NCBI GenBank assembly: GCA_049322915.1
Contig: JBMOPW010000045.1
Coordinates: 116,203-180,202, forward strand
From: Candidatus Zhuqueibacterota bacterium
GTDB taxonomy: Bacteria; Zhuqueibacterota; Zhuqueibacteria; Thermofontimicrobiales; Thermofontimicrobiaceae
Direction of reading: 5' to 3'
Length of the DNA: 64,000 nucleotides
Positions 58,824-64,000 of the stretch are shown piece after piece. The notes beneath the pieces were generated by a model. That model did no database searches. It was not told the origin of the DNA and saw nothing but the letters and a program-made list of their open reading frames with translations. Made by a program: the position numbers and the translations under genes. How positions within the stretch are numbered: the stretch's first letter is position 1; the number at the start of each line of letters is the position of its first letter.

Positions 58824-61800
58824 ATGAGCATTCATTCGAAACTTTTTGCCGGCACCAATTTTGAGCCGACCACCCTCGTCGAATTACTGCGATGGAGGGC
58901 GAAAAATTTCCCCAACGAACGGGCCTATACCTATCTCCGCGATGGCGAGATGGATGAATTTCACATGACGTATGCAGAACTGGATCAACAGGCCCGCAAA
59001 ATAGGAGCATGGTTGCAATCCAAGGGGGCCAAAGGCGAGCGCGCGCTGCTCATTTATCCCCCCGGGATGGAATACGTGCTGGCATTTTTCGGATGCCTGT
59101 ACGCCGGCGCCATTGCGGTTCCAGCCTATCCACCGGATCCCACTCGGTTGAATCGGACGTTGCCGCGACTTCAGGCGATTGCCACAGACGCCAAAGCGAG
59201 TATTGCATTGACCACGGATTCAATCCTGTCCATGATGAAAATCATGAAGCTCGGTTCCAAAGTGACCGATTCCCTGGAAAAAGTGCCATTCCTAAAAAAG
59301 TTCGGAAGTTCATTAAATTCTTTCATCGCGCAGCGAAGCGCCATTGCCCATGCCAAAGACCTGGGCGAGATCAACTGGCTTTCAACCGAAGACATTGACA
59401 AAAATTTTGCTGATAAATGGGTGGATCCCCGGATTGACAAAGATACCTTATCGTTTTTTCAATACACGTCCGGCTCCACCGGTCTGCCCCGTGGCGTGAT
59501 GCTGACGCATGAAAACCTGCTTTACAATTCAGCTCTCATTTACGAAGGCATGGGCTACACGCCCGATAGCGAAGGCGTCATCTGGTTGCCCATTTACCAC
59601 GACATGGGGCTCATTGGCGGGGTGCTTCAGCCATTGTACGGGGGTGTGCCGTGTACGCTCATGTCGCCCATCGCATTTTTACAGCGTCCGCTTCGATGGT
59701 TGCAGGCGATTTCGCGGATTAAGGGTAAAAAGGTGATCAGCGGCGGCCCCAATTTCGCGTATGATTTGTGCGCGCGGAAAATCACGCCGGAGCAGCGCGC
59801 TAAACTGGACCTGAGCCACTGGGTGCTGGCGTTCAGCGGGGCTGAGCCGGTCCGTCCCGAAACGCTCGATCGGTTCACTGAGACATTCAAATCCTGCGGA
59901 TTCAAAAAGCCGGCGTTTTATCCCTGCTACGGTCTCGCCGAAGCGACCCTGCTTGTCTCCGGCGGAGAACCGGAAGAGTTGCCCGTCATTTTTGAGGTGA
60001 AATCCAACGAGTTAAAAAATAATAGAGTTGTTGAAGCCGGGCCTCAGGATGCGGACAAGCAGACCATCGTCGGATGCGGGCATACGCGCGGGGAGCAAAA
60101 AATTGTCATTGCTAACCCTGAGACGAAAACGGAGTGCCTGCCCAATGAGGTTGGTGAAATCTGGATCTCCGGAGTCAGCGTGGCCATCGGGTATTACAGC
60201 CGGCCGGAAGATACAAAAGAGACATTTCAGGCCTACTTGGCCGATAGCGGAGAAGGACCCTTCCTGCGCACCGGCGATTTAGGCTTTTTAAAGGACGGAG
60301 AGCTGTTCATTACCGGAAGAATCAAGGACCTCATCATCATTCGGGGGAGAAATCATTATCCCCAGGATATCGAATTCACTGTGCAGTCGTGCCACGAGGA
60401 ATTGCGGCCGGGATGCAATGCCGTCTTTTCAACGGACATCGACGGCGAGGAACGGCTGGTGGTGGTGCAGGAAATCCGCAATCCCAAGAAACTTGACGCG
60501 GACGAGGTGATTGGCCAAATCCGACGTGTGGTGACCGAAGCCCATGAGTTGCAGGCGTACGCCGTGGTACTCATCAAGCCGAGAAGCATTCCCAAAACGT
60601 CGAGCGGGAAGATTCAGCGACATGCCACCAGGAACGAATTTCTCCAGAATAAACTTCAGGTTGTGGCGGAATGGCATGCCTCCGGCATGACCCCAAAAGA
60701 GACTGAGCCGTCCGTGACACATGCGGCGCCAAAGCCGAAGATTGAAAAAACCGAGAAACCGGCGGTCGTGACAAGCCCCAAAAGAGATTCCAAAGTCGAA
60801 AAAATTGAAGCCTGGCTGGTCGATAATCTTGCCGGGACGCTGGGATTGGAGCCGAATGAAATTGACATTCGGGAGCCATTCATCAGTTTTGGCCTGGATT
60901 CAGCTCAGGCTGTGGGACTTGCAGGCGACCTCGAGGAGTGGCTGGGACGTTCGTTCCCGCCAACGCTGGTCTGGGATTATCCGACGATTGAATCGCTGGC
61001 GCGTTATCTGGCGGATGAATCATCGGACCAGGCTGCACAGATAAAAGTCGAAAAAGCGCAGCAATCGTTTTTCGAGCCCATCGCCATCATTGGCATGGGA
61101 TGCCGATTTCCCGGCGCGGAGAACCCTGAGGAATTCTGGACACTGCTGAGCGAGGGCAAAGATGCCATCGGGCGCATTCCGGCGGATCGCTGGGATATTG
61201 AAAATTTTTACGATCCCAATCCGGAAACGCCGGGAAAAATGTTCAGCAAGAATGGTGGTTTTCTGAAATCTGTAGACCAGTTTGATCCTCAATTCTTCGG
61301 CATCTCCCCGCGCGAAGCGGCGAAGATGGATCCCCAGCAACGGTTGCTCCTTGAGGTGACCTGGGAAGCGCTGGAAAACGCCGGCATTCCACCGTCCAAT
61401 CTGGCCGGGACCAACACCGGCGTTTTTGTCGGGATCAGCAATACCGATTATCAGGGATCGCTGTACACCCATCATCACGTGCTGGATGCTTACACCGGCA
61501 CGGGCAACGCGATCAGCATTGCCGCCAACCGAATATCCTACGTGTTGGATTTTCACGGCCCGAGCGTGGCGCTGGATACCGCCTGTTCGTCGTCGCTGGT
61601 CTCGCTGCATCTGGCCGTGCAAAGTCTCCGCAGCGGCGAGTGCCGGCTGGCCGTGGCCGGAGGCGTTAATTTGATCATTTCGCCGGAACTGAATATCACG
61701 TTTTCGCGTGCGCGCATGATTTCTGAAGATGGCCGCTGCAAGACGTTCGATGCATCCGCAGATGGCTACGGCCGGGGAGAAGGCTGCGGCATGATTGTGC

Positions 61801-63860
61801 TGAAGCGCCTCTCCGAAGCGGTGAAAGACGGCGACAATATTCTGGCAGTCATTCGCGGATCCGCGGTGAACCAGGATGGACGCAGCAATGGATTGACCGC
61901 TCCCAATGGCAATGCGCAGCAGGCTGTCATTCGCATGGCCCACGTGAATGCCCGCGTCAAAGCCGAGGAGATCAGCTACATCGAAGCACACGGCACCGGA
62001 ACGCCGCTGGGCGATCCCATCGAAATTCAGGCCATCGCCGAAGTGATGAAGCATCGCCCCAAAGACCAACCGCTCATCATCGGCTCGGTGAAGACAAATA
62101 TCGGTCATCTCGAATCGGCGGCCGGCATTGCCAGCGTGATCAAAACAGTGCTGGCGCTTCAGCATCGCGAAATTCCGGCGCACCTGAATTTCACAAAGAT
62201 GAATCCCCATATTCCGATTCGCAAAGTGAATCTGCATATCCCGGTTGAAAAGTTACCCTGGAATGCCGGGGGTCAGCGGCGGCTGGCAGGCGTCAGCTCG
62301 TTCGGCTTTGGCGGATCCAATGCGCATATCATCCTCGAGGAAGCGCCGGTTCAAAAGTCCATGCAAAATATTCCGGAGCGACCGGTGCATGTGCTGGCAA
62401 TTTCTGCCAGGAGCACCTCGGCGCTTGAAAGCGCAGTGGCCAACTTGCATCGCTTCGTGGAGAGCCACGAGACCCTATCCATCGCGGATCTGTGCTATTC
62501 TGCAAATTCCGGCCGGCAGCATTTCGCCCATCGCGCTGCGGTCTGGGCCGATACGCGGAACGAGTTGCTGGGCAAATTAGCAGCGCTGAAGAAATCGGGT
62601 GTGGCTGACGCTGCGTCGCGCAATGGCAAACACAGGAAAATAGGATTTTTGTTCACCGGCCAGGGCGCGCAGTATACCAATATGGGCAAAGAGCTGTACG
62701 AGACGCAACCGACCTTCAAGGAAGCGCTGGACAACTGCGCTGAAATTCTGGATACTTATCTTGACAGGCCGCTGCTGGACGTCATTTTTCCAAAGAATGA
62801 ACAGGACGCTCTTTTGATTCATGAAACCCTGTACATGCAGACCGCGCTGTTCTCCCTCGAATATGCGCTGGCCGCGTTGTGGCAATCATGGGGCGTGGAA
62901 CCCGATTATGTCATGGGCCATAGCATCGGCGAGTACGCCGCCGCGTGCGTCGCTGGATTCTTCAGTCTAGAAGATGGATTGAAATTGGTCGCTGCGCAGG
63001 GAAAACTGATGCAGGCGTTGCCCAAAGATGGCGGGATGGCGGCGATTTTCACAAGGCTGGACAAGGTGAAAGCCATGCTCAGCCCGTACAGCGGAAAAGT
63101 CTCCATTGCCGGTATTAACGGGCCAGATCATATTGTCATTTCCGGTCAGAGAGATGCCGTGAATACCGTGGTCAAGCTATTCGAAGGCGAGGGCATCAAC
63201 GCGCGGATATTGCAGGTTTCGCACGCCTTCCATTCGCCGCTCATGGATTCGATCCTCGATGAATTTGAGAAAGCGGCCGGTGACATGCAATATGGCGTCC
63301 CGAAAATTCCGCTCATCTCCAATACCGCTGGAAAAATTATCGGTCCCTGGGACATGCCGGACGCGACCCATTGGCGCAATCACATCCGCGAGGCTGTGGA
63401 CTTTTTAGCGGGCATCGAAAAGATGGTGGCTGAGGGTGTTGAAATTTTTATCGAAATGGGTCCCAATCCGGTGCTCTCCGGCATGGGAATCCGCTGTGCC
63501 CCACAGGCTCAGGCGATCTGGTTGCCGTCGCTGCAGGAAACGCGTCGCGATTGGTTGAACCTCGGGGAGAGCCTCGCCAGACTGTACACCGCCGGGGTTG
63601 ATATCGACTGGGACGGATTCGAACGGGATTATCACCGTTCCTTTGTGAAATTACCGACTTATCCTTTCCAGCGAAGTCGCTACTGGATCGATCTGGAGGA
63701 GGACGGAACTATTTCGGAGGAAGCTCAATCCGTCCCGGAAGCTGTGGAGAATCAAACTGCGTCGGAACCGGGCAATGGCAAAGACATCGATGAGTTGTCG
63801 GATGAAGAGGTCGAATCGCTGCTGGAAAGTAAGCTCACTGAATTGAGCGAAGACGAATGA
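58824..63860 (+). CDS. Type I polyketide synthase: FAAL-ACP-KS-AT with a C-terminal docking-like tail
   Basis: FAAL ([50 protein letters not shown]); ACP (FGLDSAQAV); KS (DTACSSS, EAHGTGT, KTNIGH); AT (GHSIG, HAFH). Start placed at ATG 58824; the tracked TTG 58770 is an alternative. Confidence 0.94.
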   Translation: MSIHSKLFAGTNFEPTTLVELLRWRAKNFPNERAYTYLRDGEMDEFHMTYAELDQQARKIGAWLQSKGAKGERALLIYPPGMEYVLAFFGCLYAGAIAVPAYPPDPTRLNRTLPRLQAIATDAKASIALTTDSILSMMKIMKLGSKVTDSLEKVPFLKKFGSSLNSFIAQRSAIAHAKDLGEINWLSTEDIDKNFADKWVDPRIDKDTLSFFQYTSGSTGLPRGVMLTHENLLYNSALIYEGMGYTPDSEGVIWLPIYHDMGLIGGVLQPLYGGVPCTLMSPIAFLQRPLRWLQAISRIKGKKVISGGPNFAYDLCARKITPEQRAKLDLSHWVLAFSGAEPVRPETLDRFTETFKSCGFKKPAFYPCYGLAEATLLVSGGEPEELPVIFEVKSNELKNNRVVEAGPQDADKQTIVGCGHTRGEQKIVIANPETKTECLPNEVGEIWISGVSVAIGYYSRPEDTKETFQAYLADSGEGPFLRTGDLGFLKDGELFITGRIKDLIIIRGRNHYPQDIEFTVQSCHEELRPGCNAVFSTDIDGEERLVVVQEIRNPKKLDADEVIGQIRRVVTEAHELQAYAVVLIKPRSIPKTSSGKIQRHATRNEFLQNKLQVVAEWHASGMTPKETEPSVTHAAPKPKIEKTEKPAVVTSPKRDSKVEKIEAWLVDNLAGTLGLEPNEIDIREPFISFGLDSAQAVGLAGDLEEWLGRSFPPTLVWDYPTIESLARYLADESSDQAAQIKVEKAQQSFFEPIAIIGMGCRFPGAENPEEFWTLLSEGKDAIGRIPADRWDIENFYDPNPETPGKMFSKNGGFLKSVDQFDPQFFGISPREAAKMDPQQRLLLEVTWEALENAGIPPSNLAGTNTGVFVGISNTDYQGSLYTHHHVLDAYTGTGNAISIAANRISYVLDFHGPSVALDTACSSSLVSLHLAVQSLRSGECRLAVAGGVNLIISPELNITFSRARMISEDGRCKTFDASADGYGRGEGCGMIVLKRLSEAVKDGDNILAVIRGSAVNQDGRSNGLTAPNGNAQQAVIRMAHVNARVKAEEISYIEAHGTGTPLGDPIEIQAIAEVMKHRPKDQPLIIGSVKTNIGHLESAAGIASVIKTVLALQHREIPAHLNFTKMNPHIPIRKVNLHIPVEKLPWNAGGQRRLAGVSSFGFGGSNAHIILEEAPVQKSMQNIPERPVHVLAISARSTSALESAVANLHRFVESHETLSIADLCYSANSGRQHFAHRAAVWADTRNELLGKLAALKKSGVADAASRNGKHRKIGFLFTGQGAQYTNMGKELYETQPTFKEALDNCAEILDTYLDRPLLDVIFPKNEQDALLIHETLYMQTALFSLEYALAALWQSWGVEPDYVMGHSIGEYAAACVAGFFSLEDGLKLVAAQGKLMQALPKDGGMAAIFTRLDKVKAMLSPYSGKVSIAGINGPDHIVISGQRDAVNTVVKLFEGEGINARILQVSHAFHSPLMDSILDEFEKAAGDMQYGVPKIPLISNTAGKIIGPWDMPDATHWRNHIREAVDFLAGIEKMVAEGVEIFIEMGPNPVLSGMGIRCAPQAQAIWLPSLQETRRDWLNLGESLARLYTAGVDIDWDGFERDYHRSFVKLPTYPFQRSRYWIDLEEDGTISEEAQSVPEAVENQTASEPGNGKDIDELSDEEVESLLESKLTELSEDE

Positions 63861-63910
63861 CGGCGCTGCCATGCCGGGGGAGATTGCTGTACTACCTAAC
63901 AATTTATGAT

Positions 63911-64000
63911 CGCGCTGGATATTAATCCGGCGCGGGGGATGGATTGGAGCGTATGTTCCCGAATAGATGCGTCGTTCGGGATGAATATCCCGAACGATCG
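63911..64000 (+). repeat. Dispersed ~90-bp three-hairpin element, copy 3 (reaches the window edge)
   Basis: CGCGCTGGAT-ATTA-ATCCGGCGCG...GGAGC-GTAT-GTTCC...CGTTCGGGATGAATATCCCGAACGATCG. Confidence 0.85.

Overview
Bacterial genomic DNA, probably an FCB-superphylum lineage such as KSB1 or Calditrichota. This is inferred from three secreted proteins ending in the 'LxQNYPNPFNPxTxI' secretion-type C-terminal domain and was not verified by search. The window contains, in order: a partial S8 protease gene; a large FG-GAP/ASPIC-UnbV surface protein; a TetR-TolC-MFP-RND efflux operon; a GT-C (family 39-like) glycosyltransferase; and a minus-strand housekeeping block (SagB-type nitroreductase, ppdK, S41 protease, tmk, MATE, ino1, panD, CDP-alcohol phosphatidyltransferase, rsmI, lat, HIT, EF-G-like factor, degenerate acyl-CoA ligase). 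An accessory region follows. It starts with a CHAT(caspase-like)-STAND NTPase-TPR gene, then an ~840-bp array of alternating inverted three-hairpin elements, then a stand-alone HUH/Y1 (IS200/RAYT-like) nuclease gene. After that come more secreted proteins, a ToxR-like wHTH-TM-TPR regulator, a radical-SAM/lipoprotein/START trio, a CBM20-multi-TM-PP2C sensor, and a possibly sigma54-driven GNAT + FAAL-ACP-KS-AT polyketide synthase locus. The best candidate for an undescribed system is the Y1 nuclease with its structured repeat array. It may act together with a covarying ~90-bp three-hairpin element present in three dispersed copies and with GTAG-type palindromes inside and at the end of the neighbouring gene. 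No rRNA, tRNA or CRISPR array was recognised. All product calls come from reading motifs by eye; no database searches were run.
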